From contig CAWJCS010000003.1 of the NCBI GenBank assembly GCA_963841435.1, positions 96,001-160,000 of the forward strand: 64,000 bases of DNA, in the 5' to 3' direction. Both the position numbers and the translations under genes were made by a program. Within the stretch, counting starts at the first letter, position 1; each line of letters opens with the position of its first letter. The notes under the pieces were generated by a model. That model was not told the DNA's origin and did not search any database. It worked only from the letters and a program-made list of their open reading frames with translations. Of the stretch, positions 52,448 through 62,767 are shown one piece after another. Origin of the DNA: an uncultured delta proteobacterium. GTDB taxonomy: Bacteria; Myxococcota_A; Polyangia; Polyangiales; Polyangiaceae.

Positions 52448-54235
52448 ATGAACGTGAGCGATCAACTGCTGGCCCGACTGAAAGCTTGGGGCGTCCGCTA
52501 CGTCTACGGCTACCCCGGCGACGGCATCAACGGCATCATGGGGGCCTTCAACCGCGACGACCAAGGCATTCGCTTCATCCAGGCACGCCACGAGGAGATG
52601 GCTGCCTTCATGGCCTGCGGGCACGCGAAGTTCTCGGACGAGGTGGGCGTGTGTCTCGCGACGTCGGGACCCGGCGCCATCCACCTCTTGAACGGGCTCT
52701 ACGACGCCAAGCTCGACCACGTGCCCGTCGTCGCCATCGTCGGTCAAGCAGCGCGCACGGCGATGGGTGGGGACTACCAGCAGGAGGTCGACCTTGCGAG
52801 CTTGTTCAAGGACGTGGCGCACGAGTACGTGCACACCTGCATGAGCCCGAGCTCACTGCGCCATCTCGTGGATCGGGCCTTGCGCATCGCGAAGGCCGAG
52901 CGCACCGTCACCTGCCTGATCATCCCGAAAGACGTTCAGGAGCTCGACGCCGAGGACCCCGAGCACGCGCACGACACGGTGCACACCTCGGTCGGCTACG
53001 TGCCCCCGCGCGTGGTCCCGCCCACCGCCGAAATCGAGCGTGCCGCGAGCCTCTTGAACAAGGGCGAAAGAGTGGCCATGTTGATTGGACGGGGTGCGAA
53101 GGGGGCAGAGAAAGAGGTCGGCGCCGTCGCCGAAAGGCTCGAGGCGGGCGTCGCGAAGGCTCTGCTCGGCCGTGCCGTCGTGGACGACGACGCGCCGTTC
53201 GTCACGGGCGCGATCGGCTTGCTCGGCACCAAGCCGAGCTGGGAGCTGATGATGCACTGTGACACCTTGCTCGTCGTCGGGTCGAGCTTTCCGTACTCGG
53301 AGTTCTTGCCGCGCGAGGGACAAGCACGAGGCGTTCAGATCGATCTCGACGGGCGCATGGTCGGCCTACGCTACCCCGTGGATGTGGGTCTCGTCGGCGA
53401 TGCGCGCGAGACGCTCGGCGCGCTCTTGCCACGGCTCGAAAAGCGACCGCCGGACGGCCCCTGGCGGAAGAAGATCGCCGACTGGAAGAAGGATTGGGAC
53501 GAGCTGATGGCCGAGCGCGCAGCGCTCGAAGCCAAGCCCATCAATCCGCAACGCGTTTTCACGGAGCTCTCCCCGCTGCTGCCCGACGATTGCGTCATCA
53601 CCTCGGACTCGGGCTCCGCCGCGAACTGGTTTGCGCGCGACCTCAAGCTCCGGGGCCACATGAAAGCGAGCCTTTCCGGCTCGCTCGCGACGATGGGGCC
53701 GGGCGTGCCGTACGCCATCGCGGCAAAATTCGTGCATCCCGATCGCCCCGTCGTGGCGCTCGTCGGCGATGGCGCCATGCAGATGAACGGCAACGCCGAG
53801 CTTCTCACGATCGCGAAATATTATCGGGAGTGGCAGGACCCGCGCCTCATCGTGCTGGTTTTGCACAACAACGACCTCAATCAGGTCACTTGGGAGATGC
53901 GCGCCATGGCCGGCGACACCCGCTATTCGGCGTCGCAGGACCTGCCCTCTTTTCCGTACGCGCGCTACGCCGAGCTGATTGGGCTGCAAGGCATCTACGT
54001 TGACCGGCCCGACGAGCTCCGGAACGCGTGGGAATCCGCGTTCCGGGCCGACCGCCCTGTGGTCATCGAAGCCATGGTGGACCCCGACGTGCCGCCGCTC
54101 CCGCCGCACATCACGCTCGAGCAGGCGAAGGCGTTCGGCCTCAGCGTGCTCAAGGGCGACGAAGACCGCGGTGGGATGGTCAAACAAGCCATTGGACAGC
54201 TCTTTCCGAAGCTCGGCAAAAAGGCGGACTCGTGA
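52448..54235 (+). CDS. Thiamine pyrophosphate-requiring enzyme (pyruvate oxidase-like)
   Basis: YGYPGDGING, ARHEEMAAFMA, TSGPG, GDGAMQMN...NN. Confidence 0.92.
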   Translation: MNVSDQLLARLKAWGVRYVYGYPGDGINGIMGAFNRDDQGIRFIQARHEEMAAFMACGHAKFSDEVGVCLATSGPGAIHLLNGLYDAKLDHVPVVAIVGQAARTAMGGDYQQEVDLASLFKDVAHEYVHTCMSPSSLRHLVDRALRIAKAERTVTCLIIPKDVQELDAEDPEHAHDTVHTSVGYVPPRVVPPTAEIERAASLLNKGERVAMLIGRGAKGAEKEVGAVAERLEAGVAKALLGRAVVDDDAPFVTGAIGLLGTKPSWELMMHCDTLLVVGSSFPYSEFLPREGQARGVQIDLDGRMVGLRYPVDVGLVGDARETLGALLPRLEKRPPDGPWRKKIADWKKDWDELMAERAALEAKPINPQRVFTELSPLLPDDCVITSDSGSAANWFARDLKLRGHMKASLSGSLATMGPGVPYAIAAKFVHPDRPVVALVGDGAMQMNGNAELLTIAKYYREWQDPRLIVLVLHNNDLNQVTWEMRAMAGDTRYSASQDLPSFPYARYAELIGLQGIYVDRPDELRNAWESAFRADRPVVIEAMVDPDVPPLPPHITLEQAKAFGLSVLKGDEDRGGMVKQAIGQLFPKLGKKADS

Positions 54236-55374
54236 GCACCGACGCGGCGACGGTCAGGCGGCGGGCCGCCCCGATCGAGGGCGTGAGCGTTGCCGCGTTC
54301 GCGATCCCGACCGACGGCCCCGAGGCCGACGGGACGCTGAGCTGGCAGCGCACCGTGCTCGTGGCGGTCGAGCTCGAAGCCGGCGGCCAGCGGGGCCTCG
54401 GCTACACGTACGCCGACGAGGCCACGGCAAAGCTCGTGGAGTCGATGCTGGCGGACGCGGTGATCGGCCGCGATCCCTTCGACGTAGCGCTCGTCGACGC
54501 CTCGCTGAAGAGGGCCGTCCGCAACCTCGGCTCCCGCGGTATCGCAGCGATGGCCATCTCCGCGCTCGACATCGCACTCTGGGATCTCAAAGCGCGCCTG
54601 CTCGACATCTCGCTCGCCGCACTGCTCGGCCTACGGCGCGCCGCGGCCCCTGCGTACGGCAGTGGCGGATTCACGACCTACTCGGGCGAACGGCTCCAGC
54701 GCCAGCTAGCTGACTGGGTCGCTCGCGGCATCCCGCGCGTGAAGATGAAGGTCGGCAGCGACCCTCGCGAGGACCCCGACCGCGTCCGGCTCGCGCGCGA
54801 AGCAATCGGAGCCTCGGCCGAGCTGTTCGTGGATGCCAACGGCGCGTACTCGCGCAAGCAGGCGCTCGCTCTCGCCGAGAGCTTCGCCGAGCAAGGCGCG
54901 GTTTGGCTCGAGGAGCCCGTGTCGTCCGACGATCTGGAGGGGCTCAGGCTCGTCCGCGACCGCGCGCCGGCGCCGATGGAAATCGCGGCCGGTGAGTACG
55001 GCTACGACGCGCCGTATTTCTTGCGGATGCTCCAGGCAGGCGCGGTCGACGTGTTGCAGGCCGACGCGACGCGTTGCGGCGGCGTGAGCGGTTTCCTCGA
55101 AGCGGATGCGCTCGCGGACGCTTGCCAAACGCCGCTCTCGGCCCATTGTGCGCCGGCCCTGCACGGAGTGATTGGTTGCGCCGCGCGGCGGCTCCGACAC
55201 GTGGAATACTTCTACGACCATGCGCGCATCGAGGCGGAGCTCTTCGACGGAGCCCTCGAGCCGGTGCGCGGCGAGCTGCGACCGGATTCCACGCGACCCG
55301 GCCTCGGACTAACGCTGCGCCCACGGGCCGCCGCGCGCTACGCGCTCGCCACGGCGCGCAGGGAGCGAACGTGA
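54232..55374 (+). CDS. Mandelate racemase/muconate lactonizing (enolase superfamily) enzyme
   Basis: DIALWDLK, KMKVG, VDANG, EEP, GEY, SAHC. Confidence 0.9.
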   Translation: MSTDAATVRRRAAPIEGVSVAAFAIPTDGPEADGTLSWQRTVLVAVELEAGGQRGLGYTYADEATAKLVESMLADAVIGRDPFDVALVDASLKRAVRNLGSRGIAAMAISALDIALWDLKARLLDISLAALLGLRRAAAPAYGSGGFTTYSGERLQRQLADWVARGIPRVKMKVGSDPREDPDRVRLAREAIGASAELFVDANGAYSRKQALALAESFAEQGAVWLEEPVSSDDLEGLRLVRDRAPAPMEIAAGEYGYDAPYFLRMLQAGAVDVLQADATRCGGVSGFLEADALADACQTPLSAHCAPALHGVIGCAARRLRHVEYFYDHARIEAELFDGALEPVRGELRPDSTRPGLGLTLRPRAAARYALATARRERT

Positions 55375-58300
55375 GGTCGCTCGTGCATCCGGTGCAGACC
55401 GAGAACACCGCGCGGCGACCTCGGACGGCGCTCCCCGTCCTCGACGGCCGGCGTGCTCCGGCAGAGCGGCACGACTCCGACGTGTTTTGGTCGCACCTTG
55501 CGGCGAGCGTGCAAGGCGACGTGCGCTCGGACGCCGGGACGCGCGGGCTCTACTCGTTCGACGCGTCGAACTACCAGCACGTGCCGCTCGGCGTGGTGCT
55601 GCCGCGATCGGAAGCAGACGTGCTCACGACGCTCGGCGCTTGCCGAGAGGCAGGCGTGCCCGTCGTGTGTCGCGGCGGAGGCACTTCGCTCGCGGGTCAG
55701 GCCGTGAACGAAGCGGTGATGCTCGACTTCTCGAGGTACATGACGGAGATCCTCGGCTTCGACCCCGCTTCGCGCAGCGCAACGGTCGAGCCCGGCGTCA
55801 TCTGCGACGCGTTGCAAGCGCTTGCCCGACCGCACGGCTTGCAGTGGGGACCGGCTCCGGCGACCCACGACCGGTGCTGTTTCGGAGGCATGCTGGCAAA
55901 CAATTCGGGCGGCATGCACGCCCAGGAAAGCGGCATCGCCGTTCACCACGTGCAGGCGATGCGGGTCGCGCTCGCCGACGGCAGCGTGATGGACCTCGGC
56001 TGGATGGACGAGGAGAGCCTGCGGGCCGCTGCCCGACGCGACGGAAGCGAAGGGCGCGTCTATCGCGAGCTAGCGGAGTTTCGCGAGCGTCACGCGCAGC
56101 TCATCGCCGAGCGGCTGCCCAAGCTTCCGCGCCGTGTGTCGGGGTACAACCTGGACCAGCTGTTGCCGGGGCCCGACGGGCGTTTCAACGTCGCGCGCGC
56201 CCTCGTCGGCAGCGAGGGCACGTGCGCCACGATGCTGCAAGCGACCGTGGGCCTCGTTCCCTCGCCTCGAAGGCGGCTCGTCGTCGTGGCGGGTTACGAC
56301 AGCGTCTTCGACGCGGGAGACGACGTGACGCTGCTCGGCGAGTTCGCGCCGCTCGCGGTCGAGGGCATGGACAAGCGCCTTTACGACCACGTGACCAAGA
56401 AGCACATGCGCGGCGAGCGCTACCTCGATCTCTTGCCGCTGGGGCACGGTTGGCTCCTCGTCGAGCTCGGCTCCGACGACGGCGCGGAGCTCGAGGACCG
56501 TGCCGAGCACCTGATGGAAAAACTCCGGCGAAGCGCGAGCGCGCCCCTGGAATTGCGGCTGGTTCGCGAACGGGACCAACAAGAGCATCTCTGGAAGGTG
56601 CGCGAATCCGGGCTCGGGGCGACGGCGTTCGTGCCCGGCGAGCCCGACGCCTGGCCTGGATTCGAGGATTCCGCGGTGCCCCCCGAGCGGCTCGGCGCCT
56701 ACCTGCGTGACCTCGGAGAGCTCTTTCGTCGCTACGACTACTCGCCCTCGCTCTACGGTCACTTCGGCATGGGGTGCGTGCATTGCCGCGTCGGGTTCGA
56801 TCTCACGAGCGCTGGCGGCGTCGCGAAGTACCGGCGCTTCATGCAGGACGCCGTGCAGCTCGTGCGGCGACACGAAGGGTCGCTGTCCGGCGAGCACGGC
56901 GACGGCCAGGCCCGCGGTGAGCTGCTCGGGGCGCTCTTCGGTCCCGAACTCTACCAGGCATTCCGAGAGTTCAAGGCCATCTGGGACCCGGATGGTCGCA
57001 TGAATCCGGGGCGCATCGTCGATGCCCGCCCGATCGATCGAGACCTCCGCCTCGGGCCCGGCTACGACCCCGAAGAGCCGCCGACCCACTTCCACTTCCT
57101 CGAGGACAACGGCTCGTTCGCGCGCGCGACACTGCGTTGCGTCGGCGTCGGCAAGTGCCGCAGGCGAGAGGCGACCGGCCCCGAGGACGTCATGTGCCCG
57201 AGCTTCATGGCCACCGGCGAGGAACGGCACTCGACGCGTGGTCGCGCGCGCTTGCTCTGGCAAATGCTCCAGCCGAACGGCAATCCCATCCGTGGCGGCT
57301 TCCAGGACGAAAACGTGAAGGAGGCGCTCGATCTTTGTCTCGCCTGCAAGGGCTGCAAGCGCGACTGCCCCGTCGGCGTCAACATGGCGACCTACAAGGC
57401 CGAATTTCTGGCCCACTACTATCGCGGGCGGCTTCGTCCCCGCCAGGCGACGGCCTTCGGCCACATCGATCGCTGGGCGGCGCTCATGAGCGTGGCGCCG
57501 GGGCTCGCCAATCTCGTGACGCAGAGTCGCATCGGCGCGCCGTTCGCCAAGGCGGTGGCCGGCGTGGCCCGCTCGCGCGAGATCCCGCCGTTCGCCGGCG
57601 AAACGTTTCGCGCGTGGTTTGCGCGCCACGCGCCGCCCGCCGCCCCGCGAAAGCGCGTGCTCCTCTTCACCGATACCTTCACGAACCACTTCGAGCCGGG
57701 CATCGCCAAGGCGGCGGTGCGCGTGCTCGAGCACGCGGGCTACGAGGTGGAGATACCACCGCGCCAGGTCTGTTGCGGCCGCCCACTCTACGACTACGGC
57801 CTCCTGGACGACGCCAAAGAGCACCTCGAAACGGTGCTCTCGACGCTCGACCCGTGGCTGACCGCGGGCGCGCCGATCGTGGTGCTCGAGCCGAGCTGCG
57901 CCTCGGTGTTTCGCGACGAGCTCGGCGCCCTCTTGCCCGGTCGCGTTTCGGGACAACGCCTCGCCGCACAGACCCAGCTGCTCGACGAGCTCCTCACGCG
58001 CGACGCCATGGCCCGCTTGCCGAAGCTCCGGCGCAAGGCGCTCGTGCAGGGCCATTGTCATCACAAATCGGTGCTCGGCTTCGATGCGGCCAAGAAAGCA
58101 CTGTCGGCCCTGGAGCTCGACGCCGAGGTGCTCGCATCGGGCTGCTGCGGCATGGCGGGCGCCTTCGGCTTCGAGCCCGACAAGCAGGAAGTCTCGCTCG
58201 CGTGCGGCGAGCGATCGCTGCTTCCGAGCGTGCGAGAGGCCGCAGAGGATACGCTGATCGTCGCCGACGGCTTCAGCTGCCGGCAGCAGATTGGCCAGAA

Positions 58301-58523
58301 CACCGGACGGCAGGCGTTGCACTTTGCCGAAGTGGTGGAGCTGGCGCTCGAGCACGGGTCCAACGGGCCACCTCGAGCGGAACCGCCCGAGGCCGGACCC
58401 CGAGACGCACAGCGGCTCGACGTGCGGCGGTCGATGTGGCGAGCCGGCACCGCGCTGGCGGCGGGGGCTCTCGCCGTCCTCGGCGCGACGCTGCTCGCCT
58501 CGAGCAAGGACGCACGGCGTTGA
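55371..58523 (+). CDS. FAD-binding + Fe-S oxidoreductase (YdiJ/GlcD-GlcF-like)
   Basis: RGGGTSLAGQ, GSEGT, SGEHGDG, CVGVGKC, CLACKGCKRDCP, CCG motifs; C-terminal TM. Confidence 0.92.
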   Translation: MRSLVHPVQTENTARRPRTALPVLDGRRAPAERHDSDVFWSHLAASVQGDVRSDAGTRGLYSFDASNYQHVPLGVVLPRSEADVLTTLGACREAGVPVVCRGGGTSLAGQAVNEAVMLDFSRYMTEILGFDPASRSATVEPGVICDALQALARPHGLQWGPAPATHDRCCFGGMLANNSGGMHAQESGIAVHHVQAMRVALADGSVMDLGWMDEESLRAAARRDGSEGRVYRELAEFRERHAQLIAERLPKLPRRVSGYNLDQLLPGPDGRFNVARALVGSEGTCATMLQATVGLVPSPRRRLVVVAGYDSVFDAGDDVTLLGEFAPLAVEGMDKRLYDHVTKKHMRGERYLDLLPLGHGWLLVELGSDDGAELEDRAEHLMEKLRRSASAPLELRLVRERDQQEHLWKVRESGLGATAFVPGEPDAWPGFEDSAVPPERLGAYLRDLGELFRRYDYSPSLYGHFGMGCVHCRVGFDLTSAGGVAKYRRFMQDAVQLVRRHEGSLSGEHGDGQARGELLGALFGPELYQAFREFKAIWDPDGRMNPGRIVDARPIDRDLRLGPGYDPEEPPTHFHFLEDNGSFARATLRCVGVGKCRRREATGPEDVMCPSFMATGEERHSTRGRARLLWQMLQPNGNPIRGGFQDENVKEALDLCLACKGCKRDCPVGVNMATYKAEFLAHYYRGRLRPRQATAFGHIDRWAALMSVAPGLANLVTQSRIGAPFAKAVAGVARSREIPPFAGETFRAWFARHAPPAAPRKRVLLFTDTFTNHFEPGIAKAAVRVLEHAGYEVEIPPRQVCCGRPLYDYGLLDDAKEHLETVLSTLDPWLTAGAPIVVLEPSCASVFRDELGALLPGRVSGQRLAAQTQLLDELLTRDAMARLPKLRRKALVQGHCHHKSVLGFDAAKKALSALELDAEVLASGCCGMAGAFGFEPDKQEVSLACGERSLLPSVREAAEDTLIVADGFSCRQQIGQNTGRQALHFAEVVELALEHGSNGPPRAEPPEAGPRDAQRLDVRRSMWRAGTALAAGALAVLGATLLASSKDARR

Positions 58524-58537
58524 GCGGCGAGGTTGTT

Positions 58538-61500
58538 TCACTGCGATTGGGTGTTGCGGCGGGGCAGGCGAACCACGAACGCCGTTGATTCGTTCCCGGA
58601 AGAGACATCTATCGCGCCTCCGTGGGCGCGCACGATCTCCCTCACGATGAAGAGGCCGAGGCCAAGACCTCGTGAGCGCTGGCGTCCGACGCGGGTGGTC
58701 CGAAACGGATCGAACAGATGCGGCAGGACTTCGGGCGAGATGGTCCCCACGTTGCGGACCTCCACGCGCACCTCGTTTGTAGCCTTGCCGTCCAACCGCA
58801 ACAGGATTTCCTCGTCGGGACGTCCGTGTGCCCCGGCGTTCGCAACCAGATTGGAGACGATCTGCATCAAACGGTCCCCGTCCCAGCTCCCGGTCAAATC
58901 GCCGTTGGACTCGGTACGAATCTTCCATGCGGGGTAGGCGACCTGGAGCTCACCCAGGGCCTGTGCGCAGAGCTGAACGAGGTTGATTGGCCGTGGTTGC
59001 ACCTCGATGCCACCCCCCGTCCGCGCGCGGGTAAAGTCGAGGAGCTGCTCGATCATGCGCTGCATGCGCTGTCCGCTCCCGATGATGCGGCTAACGGCCT
59101 TCACCTCAGGCCCGTCCATCCCGGCTTCGCCCTTGCGATGCATGAGCAGCAGCTGGGCTCCGTTCATGATCGCCGCGAGCGGATTCAAGAGGTCATGCGC
59201 CAGAACCCCAGCAAAAAGTTCGTTGGCTCTAATGGTGTCCTCGAGGCGTGACACCGCCGCGAAGCGCGCGATCACCGATCCGAGGTGATTCGCAATTGCC
59301 CGAGCGGTGCCCACCTCGTGCGACGCAAACGAGTGCGGCTCGTCATAGTAGACCATGAACTGTCCGAGAAGGCGGCGCCGGGCAACGAGCGGGATGAACG
59401 CCAAGGCGCCGATCCCTTCGCGCTCGAACAGCGGGCCATACGGGCTCATTGCGGGATCGTTCTTCACGTCCGGCACGAGGACCGGCTCAGGTGAGGTTGC
59501 ATCCGCTGGCCACGGGGAGTGGCCTTCGACCGCAGCGCGATACGCCTCCGAAAGGCCGCGCCAGGCGACGAAGCGCATGACACCGGTCCGATCGAGCGTG
59601 AGCACCGATGATCGAGTCACCCCCAGCGCAGCGTGAATCCCATCGAGCGCCGCGTCCAGAACCGTTTCGACCTTGTCGGCAGCAACGACGGCTGCGGCGA
59701 ACTTGTACAGGTGTTCCGCCCGGCGTCGGCCGTTCACGTTTTCCTGAAACAGCTGCGCGTTCTCAATCGCCGCGGCGGCACGTTCAGCCAATTGTTCGAC
59801 GAGATCCAGATCGGCCGCGGTATACGTCTCGCCGGGTCGCGTGCGCGTGGTCGTGACCGTGCCGATCACCTGACCGCGCGAGCGGAGCGGAGCGCAAATC
59901 ATGGCGTAGCTCGGATGGCGCTCGAGAAATGCGCGGTATGCCGGGGCCACGCGATCGAGCAGCTCGACCGGGTCGAGATTCGCAATCATCTGGCTTTTTC
60001 GGGTCGCTGCCACGACCCCCGTAACGCCCTCGCCCAAGCGCAGCGGCGACCTGGCCATGACTTCCTTCAGGAGCGCGCCAGCTTTCGCGTCCGGATGATA
60101 AGCCGCGCGGCCATGCAGGAGGCCGTCCTCCTCGAGAAGGTTGATACCGACGCAACTTTCGAGGCTCGTTCCGAGCTCGCTCACGATCGCTTCGATCCGA
60201 GGTCCGAGTTCCAGATCGGTTTCAACGAAGGCACGCGATGCCCGACTCAGTACGCCCATGCGATGGGCGGTGGCGTCCGCTTCGTTCCTCGCGCGACGTT
60301 CGGCATCGAAGAGCCGCAGGCGCTCGACCGCTTGGCTCGCGTAGCGCGCGGCGAGAAGCAAGAGCGCCTGAGCTTCGTCATCCTTGTCGCCCACCTCCGG
60401 AAGCGTGAGAGCAACGCCACCGAGCACCTTGCCGCGTGCTACGAGCGGTAGGCAGCACACGGCATAGTCGCGATCAGGTGAGACGAGGGGCTCGATGTGC
60501 GGATAGAGCCGAACGAGCTCCGCTTGTGACTCGATCCAGATCGCCTCTCCGCAGCGCATCGCGTCAAGCGCGGGTATCGGCAAGGAGGCATGGAGCGGAA
60601 TCGTCTCGATCTGGCGCCTCGCGTGCGCCGAGTATCCGATCGCACGCATGAGCCGCGCCGTCTGCGTCTCGTCGTCGACGAGCCAGAGCGCGGCACTCGT
60701 TGCAGCCAGAGCCTCGTGGACGCGGTCGACCAGCGCGACGAACACCTCTTCGCTCGTGACCGCCTCGGCGATCGCAGCAGTGATCTTCGAGAACCTCGTG
60801 ATGCGGTTGGCAGCGTGCTCGCGAGAGCGATCGAAGACTTTGCGTTCCGAGATGTCGGTGACGAGGGCAATGAAGCCGTGCACTGTGCCGTCTGCCGACT
60901 CGTGCGGCACGTAGGTCCCTTCGATGAAGCGTGCACCGCCGTGCGGGTAGGGGATCTCCGCCTCGAACGTGACCTCTTCTCCCCGCAATGCGCGCTCGGC
61001 GTACGGGAGGATGCGGTCGTAGCCATCGACCCCGACAATCTCCCGCAAATGCTTGCCGACGACGTAGCCGGGGGGGAATGCGAACCAACGCTCGTACGCA
61101 GCGCTGGCGAACCGGTACCGTTGCTCCGTGTCCACGTAGGACACCAGCGAGGGCAGGGCATCGGCAATGAGCTGCAGTTGCTGCGACTCAGCACGATGGA
61201 GCGCGGCCCCGTCGGAATGGGACGGCTCGCGGCCCGCAGGTGGGACCTCGGCAGGTGTCCCGTACGAGCGCAGCACGAACGGTTCCCGACGCCCCCCAAA
61301 CTCGCTGCACAACTCCTCGAGCAAGATCGCGGCGCCGCGCTTCCCCTGCCTCCAGAGTACCGCCGCCATGTCACCACAAAGCCTGACGCCACGTCCCTTC
61401 GAACCCATGGGCGATGCGTCGAAGAGCCGCCCGATCTCGGCCTCGAAGAGGCGCGGTTCGGGGACGCCATCGCGCATGATCCTCGACAATAGGTCGTGGG

Positions 61501-61732
61501 CGTCGACGCGCACGAACCGCCCGTGCCTTTCCTCCGCGGCCAGGTCGCAGCCTTCGCCGTCCAGACGTCGCTGGAACGTTCCCAGATAGTCGGACGTCGC
61601 GATCACGGCGACACGGTCCCCGGTGCAGAAGCCCTGCTGCGCGAACCTCACGTCAGCGTCAACGAGCAACTTCTCGTCCTGCAAGAGTCGGACGAGATCA
61701 TCGAGCGGGCTGTCCGCCGGGGCGAACGACAT
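58538..61732 (-). CDS. Sensor histidine kinase: MEDS-like + PAS + three GAF + HisKA + HATPase
   Basis: VRLCGDMAAVLW..G...AAILLEE (MEDS); LVSYVD..QRYRF (PAS); three GAF-like segments; AHDLLNPL; GLGLGLFIV. Start uncertain. Confidence 0.88.
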   Translation of the reverse strand: MSFAPADSPLDDLVRLLQDEKLLVDADVRFAQQGFCTGDRVAVIATSDYLGTFQRRLDGEGCDLAAEERHGRFVRVDAHDLLSRIMRDGVPEPRLFEAEIGRLFDASPMGSKGRGVRLCGDMAAVLWRQGKRGAAILLEELCSEFGGRREPFVLRSYGTPAEVPPAGREPSHSDGAALHRAESQQLQLIADALPSLVSYVDTEQRYRFASAAYERWFAFPPGYVVGKHLREIVGVDGYDRILPYAERALRGEEVTFEAEIPYPHGGARFIEGTYVPHESADGTVHGFIALVTDISERKVFDRSREHAANRITRFSKITAAIAEAVTSEEVFVALVDRVHEALAATSAALWLVDDETQTARLMRAIGYSAHARRQIETIPLHASLPIPALDAMRCGEAIWIESQAELVRLYPHIEPLVSPDRDYAVCCLPLVARGKVLGGVALTLPEVGDKDDEAQALLLLAARYASQAVERLRLFDAERRARNEADATAHRMGVLSRASRAFVETDLELGPRIEAIVSELGTSLESCVGINLLEEDGLLHGRAAYHPDAKAGALLKEVMARSPLRLGEGVTGVVAATRKSQMIANLDPVELLDRVAPAYRAFLERHPSYAMICAPLRSRGQVIGTVTTTRTRPGETYTAADLDLVEQLAERAAAAIENAQLFQENVNGRRRAEHLYKFAAAVVAADKVETVLDAALDGIHAALGVTRSSVLTLDRTGVMRFVAWRGLSEAYRAAVEGHSPWPADATSPEPVLVPDVKNDPAMSPYGPLFEREGIGALAFIPLVARRRLLGQFMVYYDEPHSFASHEVGTARAIANHLGSVIARFAAVSRLEDTIRANELFAGVLAHDLLNPLAAIMNGAQLLLMHRKGEAGMDGPEVKAVSRIIGSGQRMQRMIEQLLDFTRARTGGGIEVQPRPINLVQLCAQALGELQVAYPAWKIRTESNGDLTGSWDGDRLMQIVSNLVANAGAHGRPDEEILLRLDGKATNEVRVEVRNVGTISPEVLPHLFDPFRTTRVGRQRSRGLGLGLFIVREIVRAHGGAIDVSSGNESTAFVVRLPRRNTQSQ

Positions 61733-61994
61733 CGTACTTGAACTGCCGAGCATCGGGCTCTCCGCAGGCACGTGGTCAGCGACCTTAACCACTTGGCACC
61801 CTAGTGCAAGACGAAAGCGGCGCCTTCCGGAATCTACACGGATGAACGGATGTTTCTCCCTGGGCCTTCGGGGTCGCGCGCCCAGTCCTAGCCCACACAC
61901 CGGATTTCGCCAGGCTATCGGCGGGAGTCGAGATTGCGGATCCCGCCGCTTGAACCAGGCGCGCTGCGATCAGAGCCGCGGGTTTGCGGGCGAG

Positions 61995-62131
61995 ATGCTG
62001 AACTTCAATCATCTCCAACTTCCACGTCCACGGCGTTCCACGGCTCGCAGACCGACGCCGCGGAGCAACTCGGCGTCACGCAGCCCACCGGAAGCGAGCG
62101 GATCCGCATGCTCGAGCGTTCGCTCGGCTGA
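61995..62131 (+). pseudogene. Relic of an NhaR-like LysR regulator HTH
   Basis: MLNFNHL / FHV / TAFHGSQTDAAEQLGVTQPTGSERIRMLERSLG* spread over frames, then no similarity. Confidence 0.7.
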
Positions 62132-62315
62132 TGAGACAGTCTGCCATCGGGGGCGTGGCAACTTTGCCACACCGACGCTCGTTTCGTTCACGCAGCAGGA
62201 GTGCAGGCGTTCGCGCGCCTGCCGGCGCGAAGGGCTCCGCACGATGCCTCCTCAACGAAGCAAGGTGCCGCCCTCGGCTCGCGCCCGGGCCCCGCGGCCG
62301 TCGTGGGGCCCGGAC

Positions 62316-62729
62316 TCAGCGCGGGGCCTGAAATTCTCCCGTGATCTCGTTCGGCGGTGTGTATGCCGGCACGGTCGGATCAGGGTCGGGAACCGCCTTG
62401 CCGGAAGCGTCGAACCAAACGCTCTTTGCGAAGAGCAGCCTTCCGTCGTCGGTGTAGTGCGACACCCAGGGGGCGAGGCGACTTGCCACGTGTGCACTCA
62501 CCCACCCGCCACGCCGCCACACGTATTGGGTGCGTGCCCAGTTCCAGAAACCGTCGACCCACAAGAAGTCACCCGCCGGCTTCGGCGGCACGGTCTCCAC
62601 GAGTGCTGCCGGTGGGGGATAGGGCACCTCGACGAAATCGCTTTTCGGGTGATCGGCGTGCGCTGGGACGGGGAGCGAACTGCCACATCCGGTGAGCAGG
62701 AGAACGAAAGGGAGCAGACGACGAAACAC
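62316..62729 (-). CDS. Lipoprotein with Pro-rich and WxxGxW (YXWGXW-like) repeats
   Basis: LLTGC; VPYPPPAALVE; WVDGFWNW..YVWRRGGW. GTG start chosen because ATG 62759 lies inside the sigma54 motif. Confidence 0.75.
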   Translation of the reverse strand: MFRRLLPFVLLLTGCGSSLPVPAHADHPKSDFVEVPYPPPAALVETVPPKPAGDFLWVDGFWNWARTQYVWRRGGWVSAHVASRLAPWVSHYTDDGRLLFAKSVWFDASGKAVPDPDPTVPAYTPPNEITGEFQAPR

Positions 62730-62747
62730 TGTGCGGAGTGAAACCGA

Positions 62748-62763
62748 AGCACGGTGCATGCCA
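62748..62763 (-). promoter_or_regulatory. sigma54-type promoter
   Basis: Minus strand TGGCATG-CACC-GTGCT. Confidence 0.65.
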
Positions 62764-62767
62764 GTGC

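Noticed and set aside
61793-61820. Near-miss sigma54 motifs by the histidine kinase (also about 52407 and 27796)
   Set aside because: Wrong GG-GC spacing or missing GG/GC; not counted among the 22.
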